Shown here piece after piece: positions 1 through 9,685 of a DNA stretch of 64,000 bases. The DNA is from an uncultured Acidobacteriota bacterium. Its GTDB lineage: Bacteria; Acidobacteriota; Vicinamibacteria; Marinacidobacterales; SMYC01. The notes under the pieces were generated by a model. That model saw nothing but the letters and a program-made list of their open reading frames with translations, made no database searches and had not been told where the DNA came from. How positions within the stretch are numbered: position 1 is the first letter of the stretch; each line of letters begins with the position of its first letter. A program made the translations under genes and the position numbers. Location of the stretch: contig CAWFHP010000007.1 in the NCBI GenBank assembly GCA_963815675.1, positions 37,302 through 101,301 of the forward strand, written 5' to 3'.

Positions 1-158
1 TCGTCCAGGGCCGGGCTACGTTACACTCCCCTTCCGTGCTTGACAAGCTGGAGTGAGCCTTCGCGCCGGCAGGGTTTGGATCTCATCGCCGAACCGGTGC
101 AAAATGCCGGGGAAGGCTGGCCAGGCAGCAGTGCTCGGAAACTCCAGGCACGCTGCCG

Positions 159-512
159 ATGCTGCACCGCTATAAATGTATGGGAAAGGGAGCGCTCAAG
201 GTCGAGCGAGATGGTTGGGTCATCGACATCAGGACGCTCGACGTCTGCCAGCGGCCCCACTGGGAAATCCGCTGTCTGATCCGCCGGCGAAAGCAGGAAG
301 TCGTGGACGAGCGCAGGCACCGTTTCTTCGTGAATGAAGATCTCGGAAACCGCCTGGGGCTCGACGCGCTCTCGGAAGCCCGTCGTGAAGACCGCCTCGT
401 CCGGGCCGCGAAGAACGTCATCTTGAGAGAGCTCGAAGAAATCTTCTCCGAGCCCGAGGGTGGCCTCGACTCCCTCCGGCCCCTGACCGAGAAAGACCTC
501 ATCGCCTCGTGA
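159..512 (+). CDS. Hypothetical protein (~110 aa; start possibly ATG 180)
   Basis: ORF whose stop overlaps the start of the proline dehydrogenase (GTGA at 509-512); no family recognised. Confidence 0.6.
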   Translation: MLHRYKCMGKGALKVERDGWVIDIRTLDVCQRPHWEIRCLIRRRKQEVVDERRHRFFVNEDLGNRLGLDALSEARREDRLVRAAKNVILRELEEIFSEPEGGLDSLRPLTEKDLIAS

Positions 513-1408
513 CGAGCGCCTTCGATCACCTCCTCGCCGCGGGCCTGCCTTTCGTTCCCAAGCCCATCGTGCGCCGGTTCTCGCGTCCGTATATCGCGGG
601 CGAGACGGAAGGCGAGATGCTCGACGTCGTGCGGCGGCTGGAGAACGAGGGTTTGCGGACGACGGTGGACGTTCTCGGTGAGTCGTCCACGCGTCCGGAG
701 CAGGCGGAGGCCGCCGTCGAGAAGTATCTCGCGGTCATGAACCACCTCGCGGGCCATGGGCTCGGCCGGAACGTCTCGGTCAAGCTCACGCAGCTTGGCC
801 TCAAGATCGATCGAGACTTCTGTCAGACGAACGTGACGCGGATCCTCGAGTTGGCCGTCCAGCACGATGGCTTCGTCCGGATCGACATGGAAGATTCGAG
901 CACCACGGAAGACACCCTTCGGATCTACTCGCATCTGCAGGAACGCTACGGGCACAGGGTGGGACCCGTCATCCAGGCTTATCTCCGCCGGAGCCTCGAC
1001 GACGTGAGAGCCCTGGGCAGGCGCCAGGCGAACGTGAGGCTCTGCAAGGGAATTTACGTCGAGCCGAGGGTCCTCGCCTATCGCGACCGTGAGGTCGTGA
1101 GTCGAAACTATCTCCGTCTCCTCGAGGAACTGCTGGGAGCGGGCTGCCACGTGGGGATCGCGACCCACGACGAACGACTCGTCGTCGCCGCGATGCGGAT
1201 CCTCGATCGGCTCGGCATCGATAACACCCGCCATGAGTTCCAGATGCTCCTCGGCGTGGACGAGACGCTGCGAAACATCATTCTCGCCGAGGGTCACAAG
1301 CTGAGGGTGTACGTCCCTTTCGGGCGGCTCTGGTATCAATACAGCCTTCGCCGTCTGCGCGAGAACCCGCAAATCGCCGGCTACGTCTTCAAGAATCTGT
1401 TCTCCTGA
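509..1408 (+). CDS. Monofunctional proline dehydrogenase
   Basis: Motifs YIAGE, DVLGE, SVKLTQLGL, RIDMEDS, IQAYL, RLCKG.Y.E, IATHD, EFQMLLGV, YVPFG..WY.Y..RRL.ENP. Confidence 0.95.
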   Translation: MTSAFDHLLAAGLPFVPKPIVRRFSRPYIAGETEGEMLDVVRRLENEGLRTTVDVLGESSTRPEQAEAAVEKYLAVMNHLAGHGLGRNVSVKLTQLGLKIDRDFCQTNVTRILELAVQHDGFVRIDMEDSSTTEDTLRIYSHLQERYGHRVGPVIQAYLRRSLDDVRALGRRQANVRLCKGIYVEPRVLAYRDREVVSRNYLRLLEELLGAGCHVGIATHDERLVVAAMRILDRLGIDNTRHEFQMLLGVDETLRNIILAEGHKLRVYVPFGRLWYQYSLRRLRENPQIAGYVFKNLFS

Positions 1409-1412
1409 TAGC

Positions 1413-3110
1413 TCATTTCCGCTCCAGCCCCAAAACCTCCACGCCCTGCTCGAACACCACGTCGACGGGAATGCCCCGACCCTCGAGTCTCTCGAGGTTG
1501 GCCTTCAGCGCCGGTCCCTCGATCTGATATTTCTCGTTGAAATGGCCCAGACCGTCATAGTCACCGTCCCCCTGGAACTTCAGGATGGTCGCGGTGAGCG
1601 CCCGAATTCCGTCTCTCATCTTGTCCACGTCGACCCGGTAGGTCTGACTAGCGCCATCGAACGCGAAAGCTCCCTTCTCGTCGAGAAACGCGAGCTGTAC
1701 CAGGTTCGCCCGACCGTGGGCATCGGCTGCGCCGAAGCGGACCGACCGCAAAATCGACGCGAAAAAAGTGACGTAGTTATCGCGGACCTCTTTGTCGGCG
1801 AGCTCTCCCCGCTTCGCGAGCTCTTCCACCATGAACAGACCGAGCACGTCCGCCTTCGCTTCCTCGAGGGCCGAAGCTCTTTCCTTGAGCGCGCTTCGCA
1901 CCGTTCCCTTCCCGTCGATCGTGTTCTTGATGCCGAGCCCGTGCGCCACCTCGTGAAACATCACGTTCTCGAAAAAAGCGTCGAAGTTGATCTGGTCCCG
2001 CTGGTCCTCCGCGATCAAGACACTGGTGATCGGCACCAGGATCTTGTCGAACTTGGCCCGCATCGCGTTCTTGAGCTGCAGCCGCCTCGTCCCTTTTTGC
2101 AGCTGAACCCCTTCGTCGTTGGGGAGATTCACCGCGATCGCCTTGACCCCGGAATTCGCGTCGCCCGCGTAGTAGACGACGTCGTAGGCGTTCAAGTCCG
2201 AATCGAGACCCGGAGCCTCGGCCTTGTACTCGTCGGGCACGGGCAGCACCTTCTGGAGCTCGGGGAGGAGCGTCACGTAACGGGTGAGCCGCGCGCTCCA
2301 CTCACGGTCTTTCACCAGCACCAGGGCCTCGTTCGCCGCTTTGTAGCCGAACAGCTCGTCCTCGTAGGTCTCGATGGGTCCGATCACGATGTCGAGAACG
2401 TTGTCCTTCATGTCCATCCAGGCCATGTCGCTCGGCCGGTAATCGTCGGTCTGGAGCGCTTTGGCCCGCAGCTCGAGATATCGCTTGAGTCCTGGATCTT
2501 CGGCGAGCGCGGCCGCCTGGCGGAGCTCATCGGAAGCGGCCCCGTAGGAATCCTCGAAGAACACCGAATAGGGGATCGCCTCGAGGGCCCCGTCCGCGTT
2601 TCGCCGTACCATCGTGTACTGGCTGCGCAGCGCCTGGCCTTTCTCGTCCGATGCCGAGGCGGCGGTCTCGAACTCCTCCTTCGTCATGTCCTCGGGATAG
2701 AAATTCGCGCCTTTGGGCTTGTCTTCGTAGCCCTCGACGAACGGCTCGTTCTCGTCGAGCCGGTCCCAAGGGCCGAAGTTGATCGTCGCGTAACGACGGG
2801 CATCCGGGTCGTCGAGCGACGACATGAGATCCTGCTCGTCGCCGTAGGACTGCTGCCAGAAGGCACGATCCATCGCCTGGGCGGCGCGGATGAGGTGCGG
2901 AATCATCTCGCGCTGCGACTCGGAGAGAGACGCCACGTCGGTCGTGAGCTGGACGCTGGTGTAGCGGGAGAGGCGGTCGGCCGCGCTCTTTCCCGTCTCC
3001 TCCTCGTCCTCGGATGGGGAAGGGGCGGGCGCGTGGCAGGCGCCGGCGAGACCGGCGAAGACGGTGGCGGCGACGACCGCAACGACGATGGCGAAGCTTT
3101 TTCGATTCAC
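1413..3110 (-). CDS. Dipeptidyl-peptidase III-like (M49) Zn hydrolase, lipoprotein
   Basis: Lipobox LAGAC; INFGPWDRL, GANFYP.DM.K.EF, IGPIETYED, FHEVAHGLG, LEEAKAD. Confidence 0.9.
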   Translation of the reverse strand: MNRKSFAIVVAVVAATVFAGLAGACHAPAPSPSEDEEETGKSAADRLSRYTSVQLTTDVASLSESQREMIPHLIRAAQAMDRAFWQQSYGDEQDLMSSLDDPDARRYATINFGPWDRLDENEPFVEGYEDKPKGANFYPEDMTKEEFETAASASDEKGQALRSQYTMVRRNADGALEAIPYSVFFEDSYGAASDELRQAAALAEDPGLKRYLELRAKALQTDDYRPSDMAWMDMKDNVLDIVIGPIETYEDELFGYKAANEALVLVKDREWSARLTRYVTLLPELQKVLPVPDEYKAEAPGLDSDLNAYDVVYYAGDANSGVKAIAVNLPNDEGVQLQKGTRRLQLKNAMRAKFDKILVPITSVLIAEDQRDQINFDAFFENVMFHEVAHGLGIKNTIDGKGTVRSALKERASALEEAKADVLGLFMVEELAKRGELADKEVRDNYVTFFASILRSVRFGAADAHGRANLVQLAFLDEKGAFAFDGASQTYRVDVDKMRDGIRALTATILKFQGDGDYDGLGHFNEKYQIEGPALKANLERLEGRGIPVDVVFEQGVEVLGLERK

Positions 3111-3838
3111 GATTGGATTCCTTTCAGGTAGGCCCTTCGGACGTTCTCGGGAAACTTCTCGATGGCGTAGCGCAGCATGGTGCGCGGCATCTTCCGGTGG
3201 TGGGCCCGGAGGAAGCCTTCCTCCGCCTTCCGGTCGCGGTTTCCAACTTCCCTCAGCATCCAGCCGACAGCTTTGTGGATCAAGTCCTCCTCGTCGTCCC
3301 GCAGAATGCGGGCGATGGCAAGGGTGTCCTCGAAATCACCATTCTTGATATAGCGCAAAGTCGCGAGAATCGCGATCCGGCGCTCCCAGAGATTGCGGGA
3401 GGACGCCCAGCGATAGAGCGGCTCGCGGTCCTTGTCCTCCAGATAGCCGCCCACGATGGTGGGAGCGCTCGCGTCGACCAGATCCCAGTTGTTCACACGC
3501 TCCAGATTCTTCCGGTAGAGCCGATAGATTCGACGCCGTTCGCGCTCGTCGCCGCGCTCGAAGGCCGCGAGCAGGATGAAGAGCGCCACGGCGCGCTCTT
3601 CGTGCCACGGTGATTGCAGGAGCTTCTCCAATTCCGAAGCGTGGAGGCCGCGCGCCCGTTTCGCCACGCGGCGGCAGCCGGGCACGGTGACTCCGAGAAA
3701 GCGATCTCCCGCGCCGTACTCCCCCGGGCCGGTCTTGAAGAAGCGCAGGAGGATCCGGGCTTTGTCGGGGTCGGCGAGCTTGCGGAGCTCTCCGCGCGCC
3801 CGCGATGCCGTATGGAGGATGGCCTCGCGCTCGCTCAT
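3107..3838 (-). CDS. alkD: DNA alkylation repair protein (AlkD family)
   Basis: FFKTGPGEYG.GD.FLGV, NNWDLVD, LWERR, DLIHKAVGWMLRE.G; start taken at MSERE. Confidence 0.92.
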   Translation of the reverse strand: MSEREAILHTASRARGELRKLADPDKARILLRFFKTGPGEYGAGDRFLGVTVPGCRRVAKRARGLHASELEKLLQSPWHEERAVALFILLAAFERGDERERRRIYRLYRKNLERVNNWDLVDASAPTIVGGYLEDKDREPLYRWASSRNLWERRIAILATLRYIKNGDFEDTLAIARILRDDEEDLIHKAVGWMLREVGNRDRKAEEGFLRAHHRKMPRTMLRYAIEKFPENVRRAYLKGIQS

Positions 3839-3848
3839 CCGTCGTCCG

Positions 3849-6226
3849 TCAGAACAGGCGCAGCTGCGCGTCCAGAATGTCCGCAACCGACGTTCCCCTG
3901 ACTCTCAGGAGTGCGTCCGCAGCGGGAGCGAGCTGACGATCCAGGTAGTGTTGATGGTCGATGGGAGAGGGGTTGTTGTCGAGCGGCTCGGGTCCGGCGG
4001 TGGTCACGACGTAGCGAACCCAGCGCTCCCGGCGCTCGCCGCTGTGTGACTTGAGCGCGGCCTGCACGTGAGGGGGTACGTTCTTCCGGTAATCCTCGAG
4101 TCGCCGGCGGAGACGCTTGCGGTAGACGAGGTCGCGATCACGCTTGCCGGCGAACAGGTCCGCGGCCACCGAGCGCACGTAGTCCTCGAAGGGCTCGTCG
4201 AAGAAGATCCGGCGATAGAGCTCGCGCTGGAACTCGCGTGCGAGGGGCGTCCAGTCGGAGCGGACGGCCTCGAGCCCGGTGAACTCCAGGACGAGCCCGC
4301 CCTCGCGGCGTACCAGGCCGGCGTAGCGTTTCTTGCTGCCGAGCTCGGAGCCTCGAATCGTCGGCATGAAGAAACGCAGATGGTGGGCCTCGAACTGGAG
4401 CTCGAGATATGACGTGAGCCGGTAGCGTTCGGCGAGCTCAGCGGCCCAAGCCCGGTTCAAGTGCGCGGCGAGACCCTGCCCGACCCGAAGGCATTCCTCC
4501 TCACTCGGCCCCGATCCTGAGAAGCACGAACAACGAATCGGTGTCGCCGTATATGACGCGGTGTCCCTCCTTCTCGATCCACTCGCGGCTTCGAGTGATG
4601 ATCTCCGTGGCCGCGCAGGGTGATGCTCGCGGCGAGCCGCGGCTCGAAGAATCGGCAGCCGGGCGTTCCCAGCACACCGTAGAAGGAGTTCATGATGATC
4701 TTGATTGCGCGCGAAGTTGCCTCGCTCCCCGCCGCCTTCGCGCGATCGCGCGCGCGCCAGATGTCCGCGATGAGACCGGGGAGGATGTGGCGGTCGCGGG
4801 AGAAGCGCGCCCCCTGGAAACCCGGCACCGGGTCGTCGTCTCCATCCGCGTCGGCGAGACCGAGAGGATCGACGAGGAACGTCCGAATGATGCTCGGGTA
4901 GAGGCTCTTGAAGTCGAGAACGAGAACGTTCTCGAACAAGCCCGGCTCGGAGTCGAGGACGTAACCTCCCGGGCTCGCCACGTCGGTCACGTGCTCTTCG
5001 ACGTCCCGCGCCACCCGGCCTTTCCGGTGGAGGCGCGGAAGATACAGATTGTCGAAAGCGGCCACCGAGCCGCCCACCCGGTCGAGGGCGAGGCCGGTGA
5101 GCTGGGCTCTTTCGAGCGCGAAGGCGATGAGCTCGGTGCGCTGGAAGATCTCCTCCACCAAACGGCAGTCTTCCACGTTGTAGCGCACGAGCTCCCAGGG
5201 TTGGTCGCGGTATAGGCGGCGAATCTCCTCAATCTTGTCCGAGCGATGCTCGATGAGCTTTCCCCGGCCCAGGAGCTCGAGCGCGACGGCGTCGAGCCCG
5301 AAGTCCTCGAAGCTCCAGGTGGCGGTACGCAGCGTATCGATGCCGTCGAGCACCGCCCTTCCCGGGATCCGAGCGGTTTTCTTCCCGTTAGGCGACGATG
5401 AAGCGAGCACCGTTGCCCGATCCCGGCCCCGACCGGGGGCGAACGCGAGGTTCAACCGCCGACAAGTGCGCTCGAGGAGATCGAGGTCGAACTCGACGAC
5501 GTTCCATCCGATGATGACGTCGGGGTCGGCTTCCTTGAGAAAGGCGAAGAACTCCTCGAGAAGCGTAGCCTCGTCGTGATGAACGGTGAGCTCCACTCTC
5601 TCTTTCTCCTCATCGATACGCTCGCCGTGTCGCGCGTGATCCCACTCGGGAAAGCGGAGGAGAAAGGCGCGCGCGCGCGATCCGACGGAGGCGGCAATGG
5701 AATAGAGGGTCTCGTCGTCCCCGTCGGTCTCGATGTCGAGCGACAGCACCGAGAGCTCCGGGCGGAAATCGGCGGGAGCGACTCGAGGGTTACGGTACTC
5801 GCGGAACCCCTCGTGTTGCGTGAACGGGCCCTCGACCCGGACTCCCCCGGTCACGAAGTGCTCCATGAGGAACCGGTCGGAGGGCTTGACGTCGGACTCG
5901 TAGAGCCGAATTCCCCGGGAGCGTAGGCGCTTTCGCGCGTCGACGAGTTTGCGACGGCTCTGAAAATAGAGCCCGTCGACGGCGACTCCGTCGAGGGTGC
6001 GCAGCTCCAGGCGCCGGGACCGGCAGCCGAGCTCTGACGCCTCGACACGGCCATGTTCCACGAAGGCCACCGCTTCTTGACCGTCGAGCTCGATCCGGAT
6101 CGCGCCCGACTCTCCCTTGGCCCAGAAGACGAGCGTCAGTCCTCGGGGTCCATCGCGCCATTGGCGCGTCAGCAGGAACGCGTTTTCCGCCGTCGCCGTC
6201 AAAATCAACGCCGGGGGAGCAGCCAC
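3849..6226 (-). CDS. polB: DNA polymerase II (family B), split by frameshifts near 4600-4460
   Basis: Exonuclease SLDIET, GWNVVEFD; polymerase DFKSLYPSII, KIIMNSFYGVLG, YGDTDS (shifted frame), GSKKRYAG, GLE.VRSDWTPLA. Confidence 0.93.
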
Positions 6227-7416
6227 ACGTCCGCGCGGCGGTTCTCGTCGCCCTGCCCGTCGAGAGCAGATAGGGGCTCCGCTGCCCCGCGACCCTCGAC
6301 CTGGAACGCCTTGACTCCTAGACCCGCGAGGTAGCTCTGGACGGCACGGGCCCTCTCCTCCGATAGACTCCCGTCCCGGGAGCGCCCTTCGTTCGAATCG
6401 ACGTGCCCCGTGATCCAGACCTCTCCCGTCCCCGCGAGGGCGCGCTTTGCGATCTCGTCGAGCTCTCCTCGCGACGCTCGGTGTAGGCGGGATTCCCCGA
6501 AGCGGAAGAGCACCCTTGCCACCGCAGCCCCGCCGGCGGAGCTCCGGGAGGGGAGCACTCGCTGGATGGGCCGGTCGGCGAACACCGGAACGAGTCCGCC
6601 CTCTTCTACCTTCTCTTGCCCGTCGCTCAGAACAATAAAGCTCAGAAGGCGACGGAGCTTCTCGTCGGGCTCTCCGCGAACGTAGAGCCGTATCGCGCGC
6701 GTCAGGGGGTATTCCTCTACGGCCACCGATTCGGGCGTCGGAAGGAGCGCCGCGCTCGAATCGTCGAGCTTCAATGGAATCGTCTTTACCCTCGAGCGGT
6801 CGCGGCTCATGCTCACCAGGGCGATCGCGCGCGGGTCGGATGCGACCAGATCGATCGCGGCATCCTCCGTCTCCGCGATCTCCGCCGAGCTCGCGATCTG
6901 CGCCCCTTCGAGAATCCGGTCCTTCACCAGCTCGAAGGTTCCCGAGGAAGGCGGCGGGCGCAAGAGACGAACGTCGAGGCTCGATCCTCCCACACCATGC
7001 CAGGCGACGATCGTTCCCGCGAAGAGCGTCGCGAGCTGTCCCGTGGACAGGCTATCGACCGGGTTGTCCGGATGAACGATGACGGCGACTCCGTCGAGGG
7101 CGAGCACGTACTCGCGAAGCTGGAGCGAGAGCCTCGAGGCGAGAGCCTTCTCCCGATCTTCGATGGGCCGCGTGCTCACCGCGACGTCCGCGGAGCCGTC
7201 GAACAACGAGATGAAGCCCGCTCCGGTACCGCCTCCGTACCACTCCACGGAGAGATTGGGCAGCCAGCGCGCGATCTCCCCCCGAAGTCCATCGAGCCTC
7301 TCGAAAACGAGCGAAGAGCCCCGCAACCGGACGGCCTCGGCAGCCCGAGCCGGCAAGGCGACGATTCCCACACCGAAGGCGAGCGCGGCGATGGAGGCAA
7401 CGCGTTGGCGAGCCAT
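6205..7416 (-). CDS. PstS-like phosphate-binding protein fused to an OmpA-like peptidoglycan-binding domain
   Basis: Signal peptide; GGGTGAG, LALDGVAVIVHPDNPV..L, SGT, YPLTR; C-terminal F..GES.L, ITGHVD, LSEERARAV, GRG, NRR. Confidence 0.85.
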   Translation of the reverse strand: MARQRVASIAALAFGVGIVALPARAAEAVRLRGSSLVFERLDGLRGEIARWLPNLSVEWYGGGTGAGFISLFDGSADVAVSTRPIEDREKALASRLSLQLREYVLALDGVAVIVHPDNPVDSLSTGQLATLFAGTIVAWHGVGGSSLDVRLLRPPPSSGTFELVKDRILEGAQIASSAEIAETEDAAIDLVASDPRAIALVSMSRDRSRVKTIPLKLDDSSAALLPTPESVAVEEYPLTRAIRLYVRGEPDEKLRRLLSFIVLSDGQEKVEEGGLVPVFADRPIQRVLPSRSSAGGAAVARVLFRFGESRLHRASRGELDEIAKRALAGTGEVWITGHVDSNEGRSRDGSLSEERARAVQSYLAGLGVKAFQVEGRGAAEPLSALDGQGDENRRADVWLLPRR

Positions 7417-7420
7417 GGAC

Positions 7421-8635
7421 CTATCGAAACTCGATATCCAGCGTGATCCAGGTCGGAACCACGACTTTCTCTCGCACCCCGGGGCTGAAGCGATAAGAAC
7501 GAACGGCGTCGAGAGCCGCTTTCTCGTACACCTCGTACACCTCGCGGTCCTTCCGGGGGGAATCGACGGAAGCGTCGGTCACATTCCCCTCCTCGTCGAC
7601 GAGCGCGTGAATTGTCATCCTCGGCGGGAGCGGTCGGTCGGGGAGGGGATTCGCCGGCGGCTCACCCTCGATGAGCTTGGGTCGCACGTCGATCGGGTCC
7701 GTAAAGGCTCTCACGTCCAACGGCACGGGGACGGGGCTGATCGTCTTTCGCCGAACGAAATCGACAGGCCAGATCATGATCACCGGCACCGGCTTTCCTT
7801 CCCTCAGCGCGGGGGAGAATCGATAGCTCTTCAATGCCTCCTCGGCGGCCGCCTCCAGCGCGCCGAGACCGTTCTTGTGCCTCTGTGGATCCGGGTGCAC
7901 GAATCCGTCCCGATCAACGGTGATGCGATAGATGAGAGTCGGGAGAACGGTGGGGTCCGAATCCGGTGGGGCGATCGCCGGACCCCCCGACAGCAGGATT
8001 GGAAGCGCGTCGCGCGGACCGTCGAGGTCGGAGATCCGCACCGGTGAGCGGTACTCACGCGACGTGAAGGCACCCATTCGCCGCGCGATGAAGAAAACTC
8101 CCAACACCGCAAGGAGGCCCAGCGAGATCGCCCAGAGAAGAGTGGAGCGCCACCTTGCCCGCACGAGCGGCGATTCCGGCTCGGCGAAGAGGACGCGTCC
8201 GGTCGCGCGCCGGAGCGCCTCGGCCTCCGGGCTCCGGCGCGCCTCGTACGAGCGCGGTCGCGGCGGCTCGCGCCTCGTCGGGACCCCGCTCCCGATCTGA
8301 AGCGAGATGGGCTTGGGACGTTTCAGAATCCCTTCGTCGAAACGACGCATCGCTTCGAGGAGAAGCTCCTGCGCTCCCATTTGAAGCGTCTGAGCCGAGA
8401 TCTCGACGTCGGACTCGACGCTGAACTCCACCGCTTCTTCCGTGACCAGGAGGTAGGCGGCATCCGCCGCAGGGAGCTCGCCGTAAGCGGCATGCACGAC
8501 CTTGCCTCCGCGGATGACGAGCAGACCGTCGCCCGCGGGACCGGTGAGCCGCAGCCGATACGTCCCCGGATCGCCCGCCTTCACCAGAATCAGGTCAGCT
8601 AGAGAAAGCTCTCGCGTGTTCCCGGAGAGTCCCAT
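7421..8635 (-). CDS. DUF4388 (PATAN-like) domain + TM helix + two TonB C-terminal domains
   Basis: N-terminal LSG...LSLADL...LLLEAMRRFDE; TM TLLWAISLGLLAVLGVFFIA; two AA..A..SYRFSP..REG..VP motifs. Confidence 0.8.
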   Translation of the reverse strand: MGLSGNTRELSLADLILVKAGDPGTYRLRLTGPAGDGLLVIRGGKVVHAAYGELPAADAAYLLVTEEAVEFSVESDVEISAQTLQMGAQELLLEAMRRFDEGILKRPKPISLQIGSGVPTRREPPRPRSYEARRSPEAEALRRATGRVLFAEPESPLVRARWRSTLLWAISLGLLAVLGVFFIARRMGAFTSREYRSPVRISDLDGPRDALPILLSGGPAIAPPDSDPTVLPTLIYRITVDRDGFVHPDPQRHKNGLGALEAAAEEALKSYRFSPALREGKPVPVIMIWPVDFVRRKTISPVPVPLDVRAFTDPIDVRPKLIEGEPPANPLPDRPLPPRMTIHALVDEEGNVTDASVDSPRKDREVYEVYEKAALDAVRSYRFSPGVREKVVVPTWITLDIEFR

Positions 8636-8772
8636 ATCCAGAGCCCCTGCCGTGCGTTTTGGAACGAAGGCTAAACCAAGCCTCGTTGCCGCGACATTCT
8701 ATCAGAGATCTTCCTCGACGCCTCGGTTCTCGGACAGTCGTGCTAACATGACACACTCGGTCTTTAACACAC

Positions 8773-9510
<738 letters not shown>

Positions 9511-9685
9511 TCACGGCCGCTGCGCCGCGAAGATCTGCAGCGCTGGATGCATCCGGTGCGCGCTTTCGGCTGTCCAACTCGGTCCAGACCGAGTAACGAA
9601 TCTACCCACTCCGGACGATAAACTGCCGGCCGCACGAGGTCACGAGCGCGGGTGGTGACGACGTTGGAGCGGTGAATCTGACGAC

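Noticed and set aside
3849-6226. Split polB as programmed frameshifting or a two-subunit polymerase
   Set aside because: Indels of the same kind occur throughout the window; sequencing error is more parsimonious
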